In this document: positions 12,603 to 25,421 of the stretch, one piece after another | Numbering within the stretch: position 1 is the first letter of the stretch | Layout of the letters: each line of letters opens with the position of its first letter | From: Oculina patagonica | Taxonomy: Eukaryota | NCBI RefSeq assembly: GCF_052425735.1 | Contig: NC_135767.1 | Coordinates: 23,126,001 to 23,190,000, forward strand | Length of the DNA stretch: 64,000 nucleotides | Direction of reading: 5' to 3' | Notes under the pieces: generated by a model | The model's input: only the letters and a program-made list of their open reading frames with translations | Database searches by the model: none | Told to the model about the DNA's origin: nothing | Position numbers and translations under genes: made by a program

Positions 12603-13005
12603 GGAGAGTTGAATCTACCATTATGTATAAGTTTTATTTAGATACAGGATGAAAATCCGTCTTCTTTGTTCTTTTGTACTTTGGTAAGTTAGTCGGAGAT
12701 ATATAAAAAATAGCTTGTATCAAGTTGTGGGTGCCGCAGATTGAGGAAATTATATTATACATTCAATGTTCACATCTCACAGATATATATTAGACTTGGA
12801 AGCACTCTTCGGACAAAAGATGTTCAGTCTGATTGCTGTACTTTCACAGCATGTCAAACAAAACTACTCTTATGTCGATATTGTTTCTTATACAATCTTT
12901 GAAAAGTTCTAGAGCTTACTCGAATCGTTTTGTAGCAATTAATGAAACTAATTAAATCACAAGAAGTTCTGTGGTGTTAATAAACTTGACTTTTATTGAT
13001 AGTCT

Positions 13006-13170
13006 TAAGACCTGCTAAGACCTGGAGAAGATCAACTGAGGAGGTGTTAAAGAAAGCTAACATCAGCTGGAACGCAGCAGAGAAGGCGGCAGAAAATAGA
13101 GTTCGGTGGCGAAGCATTGTTGACGCCCTTTGCTCCACGAGGAGCCTAAAGGAATAAGTCAGTAAGTCAC
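13006..13170 (+). mobile_element. 5'-truncated RTE-type LINE 3' end with target-site duplication
   Basis: Encodes KTWRRSTEEVLKKANISWNAAEKAAENRVRWRSIVDALCSTRSLKE*, typical of an RTE C-terminus, then a taagtcagtaagtc tail. Flanked by direct repeats TATTGATAGTCT (12994-13005, 13171-13182). The paralogous empty site is at ~22633. Confidence 0.75.
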
Positions 13171-13326
13171 TATTGATAGTCTAAAAAATTTAAACCTAAA
13201 ATCCGTGAAATATAGTCTCCTTTCCAGAAAAAAAAAAAACATAAAACTAAGTATAAAAAAATTGTGTATAGTAATAAAAAAGCTAAACGACGAGGCCTTA
13301 GTGGGTGGATGCAAATTTATGGTTAA

Positions 13327-13551
13327 GGCCCGGCAAAAAGAGGAAACATGTTTTCATAAGTGTTTCCTCGGTTTGCCATGGTTCCATGCCGCACGGAAGC
13401 ACGGAATGTTTCTGCGATGTTGCATAAGCACATTTGGCTTCCTGGAGACAAAAATTGACGCTGAAAACAATGCTTCCCGTGTGGCAAAACTGGGAAACAT
13501 TCGCGCGCTACGGGTGTTTCTGGAAACATGTTTCCTCGTTTTGCCAGGCCT
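13327..13551. mobile_element. TTAA-flanked MITE
   Basis: GGCCCGGCAAAAAGAGGAAACATGTTT ... AAACATGTTTCCTCGTTTTGCCAGGCC inverted ends, TTAA on both sides. Confidence 0.75.
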
Positions 13552-13555
13552 TTAA

Positions 13556-14239
13556 GGACGTTCGCGTGAAAATCTTCCAACTTTGCAATTTTTCTTAAAC
13601 TTTCACCACTGCTAGTTTACAAGTTATTTATGTCAGAAATGTAAAAAAAAAATGGGGGCACCGAATTCGTTTTCGAGATATAATATCTGAAAGAAGACGC
13701 TTATTTGGATAAATTTGATTTCATCACTCGACATGATCTCTGCAGCTTCTGGCAACAAAATATCTTGAATGAATTGATGCAGGCCACCTTCCTTTATCCC
13801 AATTTATTTGAGTGGGTCTAATGTACAAATATATTCACTTTTAAAGTCCCTTATAGTAAACCTTGTCTTTAACAATTGGATTTGCAAACGTTCAAAACAG
13901 AAAAATGCTACAAAATTGGACTGATTCGACCGCTCGCGGGAAGAGAAAATGAAAAAATAATAATCTTCTAACATTCAAATTTGGCTCATTTTTTGTCAAT
14001 CGGTAGAAATCTATCCCAAAAGGTTATATATCCCGAAAAAAATGGGGGTCACCGACCGTTTAAGAGAGTAAACTGCAAGCGAAGTTGACACAACGGCTAC
14101 CCACCCTATATCATTTATGTGAGTCTTATGTGTTTGGAAAGATTTCTCAGCGCGCGCGCTCATGCATGACGTGACGTGACGTTGCGACATGAATTACGTG
14201 CGCAGTAAGGATGCGCACAAACATTTAGCGCGAACGTCC
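13556..14239. mobile_element. Kolobok-like non-autonomous DNA transposon
   Basis: TTAA|GGACGTTCGCG ... CGCGAACGTCC|TTAA. Confidence 0.7.
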
Positions 14240-17200
14240 TTAAACATATTACTAGAAACAAAATTATACCAAAGTAACACGATCAGCAATTGACTTGGCT
14301 GCAAGGCGTCTGAGTTGAGAACAACCAAGGCTTCGGAGGTTTGTGCACTCAGGCAGGTTTTGGGTAGGAAGTGACGCCCAGGTCTCCAAATTTGGACCCC
14401 GTTTAATAAAAAAGTTGCATTAAAAAGATATTTCTTTCTAGAAATAGGCAAATTTTTAAAAACGACTTCTAGAAATTTGGTTAAATTTCATTAGCCCGAT
14501 TTCGTGCATTCGAACTTTATGCGCCTTCGTCATAAAAATTCCGACCCCGATGTTAAGATATCAATTGTTGTCGACTGGCTGGCTTTGTTAAGACATTGAG
14601 TCAACTATTTTATGTATAAGTATCAGTTATTGATTTATGACAATAACTTCAGCTTAAAAATAACGTACCTTCAATGCAACTGACAGAACTGTAAAGCCAG
14701 CAATATCACATTCGTTCTTTTGCAAAAATTTCATATTTTGAGAGGCTAGTATGCAAAGAATTTAGCTAGCAAGAATGCGTGCTGTAACTACAGAAGACCT
14801 CTGAAACATAAGCATTTTATTCATCCAAAAGAAATAGATTAGGACGTATAGGGGATGTCGGTCCGGGCAACTGCGAAATTAGGGCTTCAAGACTTTACAG
14901 CGACCCTTCGTTCATGGCCTCGGTAAAAAGGAAATTAAATGATTATTTCCATTAGACTTCTTCCTTCTTCATACACCAGTAATTAACAAGGGAAAGGTGC
15001 TTGCAGGGATTTTCAAAACAAGAATTTCTGAACAGACATCGTGTTGAGATGCCTGAAAAAGGCAAAAATGACCGTTTATTCTTTGAGAATTATCTTTCAG
15101 TTTATTCCATTTCCTTTCACTTATCAGTCGTAACTCTTTTATTCCAGCTTCTATCAGATGGCGTTTGTGGACTTCCCTGAATCATGGTTCTTGTTCTAAC
15201 TTCAGAAATACCATCTACCTTAAAGACAAAAAAATGCCGTTAACTAGTTTCATGTCTTTTTAATTTGGTTGTGGCGCTTGCAGCGACTGGGCCAAAACGA
15301 AATCAAAACAAAACAAACTTCTAGGCGTGTCGCTTTAAGGCGTGTGGTAACGAGGTGTTAGGGACTATCTTACGGGTCGTCTTCGAAGGTGCAAATTAAC
15401 CACGGAAAACCAAAGTTGACGGTTAACGGCGATTTATTGCTTCAATTTAAGAATCAACGATGAATGATCAACGATCAAGGATAAACGATCGTAAACTGAA
15501 AATTAACAATATAACGAATTCTAATCAATTTAACTGAAATGTTGCGTAATACATGAACTAAAAGCGTGCCCAAAGCTACGTACTTCAAACGAGAATAATG
15601 CGGCTAAAATAACAAACAAACTAGAATAAACTACATTTAAAAACTAAACGAGCGAAATTCTAACATAACAAATGCACGATGGATACGTGTGGCTGATTTA
15701 CAGCCCAAAGTACTTAAGTTGCTATTCTCAATGGTGGGCGTTCACTCCATGATCCACAAAGTGTTTGATCCAATTTACTCATTTTGCGATTATAAATCAA
15801 TTAAAACTGTACAATAAACGTTCATTCGTGTACTTTCGCCCGATTACCATACAATTAAAACTAAACAAATTAAGAAGTTACTTACATATCGGTCCCGCTT
15901 GTGCCAAAGGTTAAGAATACGTCTAACGAAAGTACTTGTGATAAACTCGAATCTTGCAAAAACTCTATTTAAAAGGACGCTAAACGCGGCTTATATATGC
16001 GCATGGGGACGCTAGAAGGTCCGATTACAAAACCAATAGAAACGCAGATAAACATATAAACACTGTAACTAGGTTCGTAGCTAGGATCAATACGTATAAC
16101 TATTGTTGTATCAAGATAATGAATAACGGAGTTAAAAATAATTACTTTTGGCTAGTATCCTTAACATTGGTTTAACTGATAATTCAGACATAGGATAATG
16201 ATTCTCATAAATTATCATTAATGAAAACTTACTGATGGTAGATAAAAAATGAGTATTTTCCCGATAACGAAATATAAAATAGATTTCTTTTTTACGACGA
16301 ACGTTACCCATAGTTATTTCATAAAAGCAATAAACTGCACTTTCCAGGGCTTTACTGGCGTAATAAAACCACTTGGGATGTTCGAAAAGCTTGTAAATCA
16401 CTTGCCTACGGCTCGTGATTTTTTAAAAAAGCTTTTTTCGATTTCTCCCAACATCCCAAGTGGTTTCATTACGCCAGTAAAGCCAGGGCCAAACGAGAAT
16501 GACAGTTGATGAGAGAACTCTCGCTCTCGTTTGGCATGGAACTCTCATCGACTCTCATGCGCTCTCATTGACTTTGAACGTGCTCAAATTTTTCATGAGA
16601 ATCGATGAGAGTTTTCAGTTCTCTTTTTCAGAGCATCAGTCAATTGATTCAACTTTGTCCTCAAGGTGCAAAATATTTCATTCAGCTCTTGTTTTTTTTT
16701 TGTTTCAGAGTATTGATGATTTGAATATTGTCCTGTTGTTTAATACTTTTACTGCCGCCATCAGAAAGTTTAGCATTGAGGAATTACAATGACCCTGAAC
16801 ACTTGTGGAGAATCTTGAAAAAATATGTTTAAATAAAGGAAAATTGTTGACATAAAGGATGTTGTTCGTTATACGATTTCTCCTTGGCTTAATCATGACA
16901 TCAGTTCACCAGGATCACTTTTTTTGTCAAGAGAGGCGAAACTACATTAGACGCCCAAAAATGAAATGATTCCAAACTTTTGTCAGAATTCAATGCAAAT
17001 TGTTTAGACCCCAAGTTATCAGAGACAATTAAAACATTCTAAAAAGGCGCTTCTATAATAGTAAATCAGAAGACTCAAGTGGTCCCAAAGAAACTTGGAA
17101 AACAAGTAAGTCAATTACAGGAAAATTCCAAAAGAACTATGTTATCGACGAAATCAACGTCCATGGATGGAACACAATCAAAATGAAATTACTGATTTTT

Positions 17201-18203
17201 TAAATTGTCACTTTACGAACTCGGGCCTCAACTACCCTGACATCTTTCAAACGCTACTAAGGCCTTTACTTATTTCCAAAATGCAGATTCATCAGTTTTT
17301 CAATTAACTTATATTAAATTAAACCCACTGTTGTATTCACTTCTTCAAAACGTAGTTACAAAAAACCTAAGTAGCAAGCCTTCCCGTAAAAACAAAGAGC
17401 TTTTGAGGCATTTGGGCAGGGCGAGAGCAAAAAGAAATGGAAGGTGGGGAGGGGGAGGGGAGAAGGGGAGAGGACAGGAGAGACCGTTTTGTTTATTTTC
17501 CAATTTAACTTCTTACGTCTCGCCTCCAAAAAATTCTGTTGCTGAAAATAAATGGCAGAAATGGAAGAACCTTAGCGTCTCCACCGCGCATTTTAATGCA
17601 AGTTCGTTGGGTTAAACACAGCTTTTGTGGAATTCTTTCTTTTCTCGAAAAGACTCCGAATCGAGCGGTCCTTGGGTTTTTCAAATGTCCCGAAGTCATT
17701 TCGGGTCCGAGAGCTATTTTTCGTAACTTCCATTTCTATCAAATGGAGCCGGTTACATGTAAGCTTTGGCCAAAAACCTGTCCTTTACGTTTTATCAATG
17801 TAAAGTTTCATTGCTCACTTTTAAAATTTAATCGACAAAAACTAAATCTCTGTTGATAAACTTTCTGCAAACAACACAATTCTTCGCAGTGCCTCTCTCA
17901 ACCCGGGTGTACTGGCTAATGCCGTGAAGTATCCCTTCGATGTTTTAGCACCACATTGGTTTGGAGGCAGTGGCGGATGGAAGGGGGAAATTGAAATGTT
18001 CGGGCTATGGGATTTCTATGTTTGCTGAAATCCTTTACACGTTTAATCGTTTATCTAGTGCGCCGGTAAAATAAGAGAGAAGCTGTGCGTTGAAACTAAC
18101 GGAAAGGGTTCAAGCTGGATACTGATTCATTCACTCAGGACATCAACACAAATTTTAAGACTCCAGCCATGTTTTATTTCCTATACTGGACTGCTTTACA
18201 CTC

Positions 18204-19940
18204 TTAATCCAGATGTACGTGTTTACAGTTGGTTTGAAGTGACTTGTACAGAAGGTCGTAATACCAGCGAAGGCGAAGGTTGACTTTGTTATCAATATGG
18301 ACAACATCTGGCGTTGTGAAGTCTCCACCCCAGCGAAGAGTTGGATGTTTTCTTATTTTGGAAATGAAGCACTTGACCCCTGGGGTGTGTTTCTTGACGT
18401 CTCTGAGGCATCCACTTGTGCAGAGTTCGCCGTTCTCTCTTATGTTCATGTCAATTGCATGCCCAACGAAGTGGTTGCTGATTTTAGAGGGTTTCACAAT
18501 GGCACCACTGAGTTTCCCTCCAGTGTCTTTCCTGAAGGAGCTGGTCAGATAAATCTAAAGAAACGAAACCAGGTGAATGAGCTACGTAAAATTAAGAGAC
18601 GAGATTTAATGGGACTGACTGGTTATTGAAATAAGCAGTGGTACATTCACATAGTTGTTATCTGTGTCCTATTTCCAGATCGCATTTTTTTAACGAAAAA
18701 AAGTTTTGTTTACTGGAGAGCCCGAAATCTCAAGAGGATATAGGGGAACAAAGATCCGAAAACTTAAGCTGAGATGACATGGATGAGATAAGACTTAATG
18801 TCACGAGCTGTGTTTAATTTTCCTTGAAATATAAGCTGTTTTTTTTTGCTGGCAATAAATCTGAACATAAATAAAGTTAATGTAAGTAACACGCTATCAA
18901 ATAAGACAGGAAGCGATTACTTATATAACCGTGGTAAAGCCAGGGCCGTAACTAGCAACCTTGTTAAAATGCTGAAAATGGCGTTAGTGGATCTAGATTT
19001 CAAAAATCGCGGCTCGCGCCATCGGCAATCACCGATCTTGCCTCGTCTATGCCAAAAGTCTACGTAGTTACGGTCCTGAAAGCGCGGAAAACTGTGCGTG
19101 AAAAATAGTTTACGCCCCCGGATCTCGCATTTGACAGGCAGCAAGTGCGCATTTTCTTAAAACCAATTACAGAATAAAGCAAAACCAGTGCAATTCTAGA
19201 ATACTCTTGACACTCATTGAAAAACCACTTTACTCTAAAAAAAAGAGGCCACATAAACCAACCTTTACTTGGCACGAAATGGCATACTGATTGATCGTTT
19301 CGATTGCTGCGCGGAAACCTGTGTGAACAACTCCTGACTTGCCTTCAAAGTATCCTCCTCGGAACCTGGCAAGGTCACATTTTCCTGGAAAAGTTATATT
19401 TTAATTATTATGCATGGTGGGTGGGGATGGGACATATTCCTGACGGTTTCCTTGATAGAAAAAAAAAACGAATGAGCTAAGAAAAGAACCAACTACCAAC
19501 TACCAACTACCATGTGACATAGTTTCTTCCTGAAACTTCCAATTGAACTAATATTTTTTGTTTCAAACTTTCGTATTTTTCCGTAAAGATTTTTATTTCA
19601 TTTTTGCAGAAACCACACGGATATAAAATTTGCAAGACCGGTGCAGACCTCATTGCCAGTTATTTGCACTCCACAAAACGATTTCTCGTGCTTCCCCAAA
19701 ACCCGTAATTTAATTGTTTTTATCCTGAAATATACCCGACGCATGTTAGCCGAAATTTGTGAAAAATAGAATTCGATACCTAATACTACAGCCTGCTATG
19801 TATCATATAGAAAATACAAACTGATTTGTAAACGTTCGAAAAGGTTTAAACTGATAAAAAAGAAAAAAACCCTTACCCGACTCTGCACTAAAAGGGAGTG
19901 CCAACAGCATCATAAAAGCAAAAACCAGCTTGAAGTCCAT
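18204..19940 (-). CDS. Secreted zinc peptidase of the M15 (M15C-like) family, copy 2, 178 aa, 3 coding exons
   Basis: Exons 19940-19877 (MDFKLVFAFMMLLALPFSAES), 19384-19263 (GKCDLARFRGG...SCQVK), 18554-18204 (IYLTSSFR...SNHFVGHAID...LRWGGDFTTPDVVHID...HVHLD*). GT-AG introns with the same phases as copy 1; 537 nt open. Confidence 0.8.
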
Positions 19941-21094
19941 AATCAATTCTTCGGGCGGTATGGAATTCTGCAGATAAAATAGCATAAATAACCAGATCGA
20001 TTAGATCATGATATGAATTCAAAATGCGAAAAAGGAATATCCTCAAGACGTTAACCGGTGCAGAAATTTCTACAAATATCAGGTATACCATATCGTCTTT
20101 AATTTGTATTGAGGCCGGTACTCACCTCGTCGAGGCCTAAAATTTGTAACAATCGCAAACTGCTTTTAATAGACTTTTAAAACAGCAATACCGCAGGTTG
20201 AAATAAAAACCACCTCAAACACGCATCAAAAATAAACGCAAAACCAGATTACCGCAAACCCTTACGCCCTACTCCAAAATAACCCGGACGTTGTAAACGA
20301 GTAACCACTATCGGTTATTACAGGAAACAGAAGCAAAAGGGAGCTGGAACTGTTAGTGGCGCAGATTGAGGAAACAATAGAAATCACATCTCATAGTCTC
20401 GCACTGAGATCAGTATATTCGACTTGGAAGCACTTTGGAATTGGACCTTGGTTGGTCAGGAGAATTTCCTAATATAATAAAGAATATTATAAACTAATAC
20501 TAATAATAAACAACATTAACTGGATAACAAAACCCGTAACACCGTTGCTTCGTATACCATATCGACACATAAACGTGTATGAAAGGGCAAAGGAAGAGTT
20601 GAATTATTGATTTTGAACCATTCTTACGGCTATCATGTTTGTTACACAACCTTTCAAACATCTTTCAAAATAGAGCCCATTCAAATATTTTTGATAAACC
20701 TGATTCAATCACACGTAAGAAAGTCTACGGTGTTTATACTAAGCCTGTCTATTATTGATGGTCTCCAAAAATTTGAAACTTACGTATACTAGGACCCTGA
20801 AGTCAACATAAACATACAACCTCATAAAAATAGCTAAGAGATGAGGCTTTAGGTCGATTTATCGATAAACACGCTAAAAAGAAGCAGAATCATACCAAAG
20901 GGTACTGAGATCAGTAAATGACTTACCTGCAAGGCGTTTAGCTTGAGTCAGAACAACGGAGGCTATTATGAAACTGCATGACAAACGTAAGGCTGCAACA
21001 TCTAATTTATTGATTTTCTAACATCTTGTAACAAAAAACGCAAACATGCATCGAATTCTTGTGATGCAAAAATGCTAGTATGCATCGAATTTTC

Positions 21095-23110
21095 ATGATC
21101 CAAGCCTAGGTTCCTGCTGCAAACGTTCTCGGAAACATGTGGGGTCAGGTGAACTTAATTTATTTAGAACTTCTAGATCCTGTCCTAAATAGTGCTATTT
21201 CCGTAAACAGGAACAAGGAAATAAGTTACACGTTTCATGTTTCGATATGAGCGTTCCTGTTACGGATGTCCAACATGTTAAAAGACATAACTTGTTCGGA
21301 AACATTTGACGGCTTTATCACACCTAACTGCTAAATCTGCCTGTATCATTACGGTATACAGCTTTGAACGCTGGGCCGTAGAGTATATGTGCCAGATGGA
21401 ACCGTGTCCCTCCACTTTGTGCCCCCGTTCTGGAGCGGAACACTAAAATTAAGAACCGGGCTTGAGAAGTCTGCCAACTCACCGCCAATTCGCCGTGTAG
21501 AAGTACGCTGCCAAATCAGTATTCTTTCAGATTTTACAACTGGAGTAATCAGTAACATTCTACCTTAGAACAAATGCTAAAAATAACATTTGCGCACATG
21601 TGCTACCAAACAACGCAAATGTGCAATGATAAATGTATTCAATTATATGCGAAAGCAAACATAAACATAAACAAACATAATTATGAATATTTACGTGATA
21701 GTTATTTTGACAAAATACTGTTGCTATTTCTCTAACCAAAACGTATGCAGTATCTTTTTAATATATATATTTCAACATTTAGGATCACATTTCTTAAACT
21801 TGTGACACAAATATATGCCCAAAAACATCGGCCATGTTTTTATGAACATGGCCGATGTTTTTTGAATATGGCTTTCTGCTCGCGCAATCGAACTTTCCCG
21901 CCAAATTACTTTTGGCATTATACTTGAATAGTTTCTAACTGAATAAAAAATCAAGCTACTTCCATATACAACTCTATCTCTCGAAACTAGAATCTCGCTT
22001 CTACCACAGTTCGAAAGGATTATGGTCGCAAACATCGGCCATTTTTTATAGTCTTCGGCTTAAAATCTTATTTAACTTCTGTCGCCAATAGATCCACCTC
22101 TTGGCATAAGGATCTCTTCTCTTACACATTGCCAATATTTTATAAATTCATTGTTCAATTAGAAATATTAGACTTTAAAGCATTCTGCAGATTTAGAAAC
22201 GACAAATTATCTTTAAAACATTCTTTGGCCCGAAGAATCTCTTCAATATACAGTACAACGTAAGAAGTACAATCAAGAGGAGATGTAAAACAAAACTCGT
22301 ACTGGGGCGTAGCGCCTTTGCTTCGTAGAAAAGATGTTCACTTATAGCTGAGCATACACATTCTGTTAATATTTTATATAGCTCTAAGTATTTTAAATTC
22401 CCTTTTTACATATTTTTTTAATACCTATTAATTGTGTCCCCAAATTAGTATGGGATTTTCCCAGGCTATGTGGCCTTGACACATTAATAAAGTTTATCTA
22501 TCTATCTACAGTTCGCACAACTCTCATGTCGATCCTGTTTCTTATACAGTCTTTGAAAAGGTTTTGAGCTTACTCGATTCGTTTTATATCAATTAGTAAA
22601 ACTAACTCAATCACAAGTAGTTCTGTGATTACTATTGATAGTCCTAAAAATTGAAACCTGAAATCCAGTTAAATACAGTTTCCTCTCCAGAAAAAAAAAC
22701 ATTCAATTCAGTATAATAAATCTTGTGTATAGGGGTTAGGGCGAGAAGACGTCTGACACTTACTTCAGACTAACATCCTGTAACACAAAACGCTACCATG
22801 ATCCAAGCCAAGATTTCTACTGTGTAAGTTCTCTGAAACATGTGGGGTCAGGTGAACTTTATTTATTTTAAGAACTTCTAGATCCTGTCCTAAATAGTGC
22901 TATTTCCGTAAACAGGAACAAGGAAATAAGTTACACGTTTCATGTTTCGATATGAGTGTTCCTGTTTGGAATGTCCAACATGTTAAATGATAAACTTGTT
23001 CAGTTACATTATCTAGTTATCACACTGAACACCTTATTTAGGTGCTTAATCCTACTCTTACCTAAATATCCAACACACAGTAGATTGGACTAAATCTGCC
23101 TGTATCATGC
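21095..23110. repeat. Direct duplication of ~250 bp (about 21095-21350 and 22797-23110)
   Basis: Near-identical gaaacatgtggggtcaggtgaact...gaacttctagatcctgtcctaaatagtgctatttccgtaaacaggaacaagg...ctaaatctgcctgtatcat at both places. Confidence 0.8.
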
Positions 23111-25421
23111 GAAAAAAAAAAGATAATCATTACCAAGACTGGCCCCAGCTGATCAAAGCATAGACACGGGCCGGGTATCTGATACAAGCTCATCACTAGT
23201 CGATGTCATGTTTACTTACTACCTCAACACAATCGCTTGCTCTGGGGTTCTCCAGACTACTGTAGTCTCAGTGACTCATTTAAGCAGTAAGCAAACAAAA
23301 AAACCATAGCAGGTAAATCATATAAAAAAAAAATTTTACAGGGATCATTTAAATTTGTTACTTTCAAATTTTGCAATGATATGTTTAACCAAGTTCTCCA
23401 GGAAGATTTTGAAAAAAATAACGATGAATAACGACAATTTGTGTAAAAAAAACCTTGAAACATGTGTGTTTTTTTTTGTTACTGTCATCAACATGCACAC
23501 TCGGTCAAAAATAAATCGAATTCGTCAGACGGCTTCTCCTTGGCACACTCGTTACATCAAATCACATATTATCAAGAGAGACCATAAGACGCTCACAACG
23601 AAATGATTTCAGACTTTTGTCAAATTACAATTTGTTTATAGAAACCAAGTTACCAGGGAAATGACGCTTCTATAATGGTAAATCAAAACTGAAGACAAAA
23701 GTAATCCCAAAGAAATTTATATAACAATTAAGAAAATTACTAGAAAATCCCAAAAGTACTCTGTTATCGTTGAAATCAATGTCGATGAAACACACTGCAT
23801 CAACAATCATCACATCTTGAATACGCTACTTAGGCCTTCATTTACTTCCTTTAACTATACGTTAATCCAACTGATGTATTGAGTATCTCAACAGCGCAAA
23901 TGGACTCTAATAAGTGATCCTATATCTGTTTGTCTTTGTTGTTGCTGAATTTGTTCAAGTATGATAAATATGGTGAATAGTGGTTAAGCTTTCGTTATCA
24001 AATTATTTCATATCATATCCCTTTGAGAATATTCAGCGATATTAACAAGCTGTGATGAATACATTCCTGGTCTAAAAATAACTTAAGGACTGGACTCCAA
24101 CCAGGGCTGATACCAGATACAGAATGTCCACAGCATTTCTTGTTTTAATCCTCTTGACGCTTTCGTTTGAATAAAAAATAAAAATCAAAAATCAAAACAA
24201 ATCACTTTATTTAAAATGGATTTACCACTGCTGTGCTAATTGAAGACACTGTAAATAAATTAACAAATATTATAAATCGAACATAATTTTGTTAAAAAAC
24301 CCAACTGGCAGAAGGGTGACCAGTTGGCTATATACAAAGTGTGGAGGAGTTGAATTCGGGGCCACTGACAGGGGACCATCGGAATAGACACAGAGGACGA
24401 GAACGAGAAAGGACCAACGCGAAGCGAAGTTGTGAAGCGGACACGAAGGAGAAGGCCGAAGGTGACGAGAAAGACAGAAGAAGGGGGGGAAATGAAGCGA
24501 CGCAGCCGAAAGAAGAAATATTCGTTGGGTGCCCCGACTGAACACAAATCCTTCCAGTGGCAGGGAGGAGGATCTGAACCCGGGACCTCCCTAACCACTA
24601 GGCCACGCTGCCTCCTACTATCTATACTCACAGTTCTTGTCTGGGAAATACTTGCAGGATGGACAAGCTTTGCGGTTCCAACTGACTCCCAGCCTCGTCC
24701 CCAAGGCCGTCTCTACTTTCAAGAGGCGGTTCAAAAGTCGAAAAGACCATGGGGAGGAGGAGGATGTTGCCATCATGTCAGCAATTTTATTTCCCATAAA
24801 TTTTTTCTATTAATGTTTGTCACAAGAATTTTTGATGATTGATCAAGACAATGTCTCTACTGACGAGTTTCTATATTCTCTTCACCTTACTGCTTGACAG
24901 TGTATGAATAATGTAAGGAGAAACTGTAGTTTATCTTGTTTGGGAGGGAATCAGAAGTTTATATCAGACATTGATGAAGGGGCACCTAAGTGTGCAGGGA
25001 GGTGCGGTATAGTTTAATCAAATTTTTCTAATGATGGTGTAAAAAGGAAGTGCGAAACAGGGCAAGACGGGCAACAGAACACTCTTTCATTTCATGCCCT
25101 TATTTTATTGTCATTTGTTCAAATTTACAAATTTGTATTTATGTTCTTATCGCCATGACGTACAATCAATGCGTTAAAGACGTACAGTCCTTTGCAGTTT
25201 TTCTAAATTTAATCTATCTTATTTATCTTCATAGATATTACCCGAAAAGCGAGCTTTTTTCTATTTTTCTCTATCTCCAGCTCAAACTTCTTACAGCAAA
25301 GTCCCGAAAAATATGCAATCTAACAATAAATCCAGTCCTTAATTACTTAAGCTTGGAAGCAAATGACAAATTTAAATATCTGATTGAAGCTAGCCTGTAG
25401 TCAAAGACTTGTTAGGGCTTC

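Noticed and set aside
15356-16100. Possible solo LTR starting TGTTA
   Set aside because: No clear CA end, target-site duplication or second copy in the window.
24260-24842. Cluster of short ORFs with basic stretches
   Set aside because: They overlap nested SINE and MITE fragments and have no splice-compatible partner exons.
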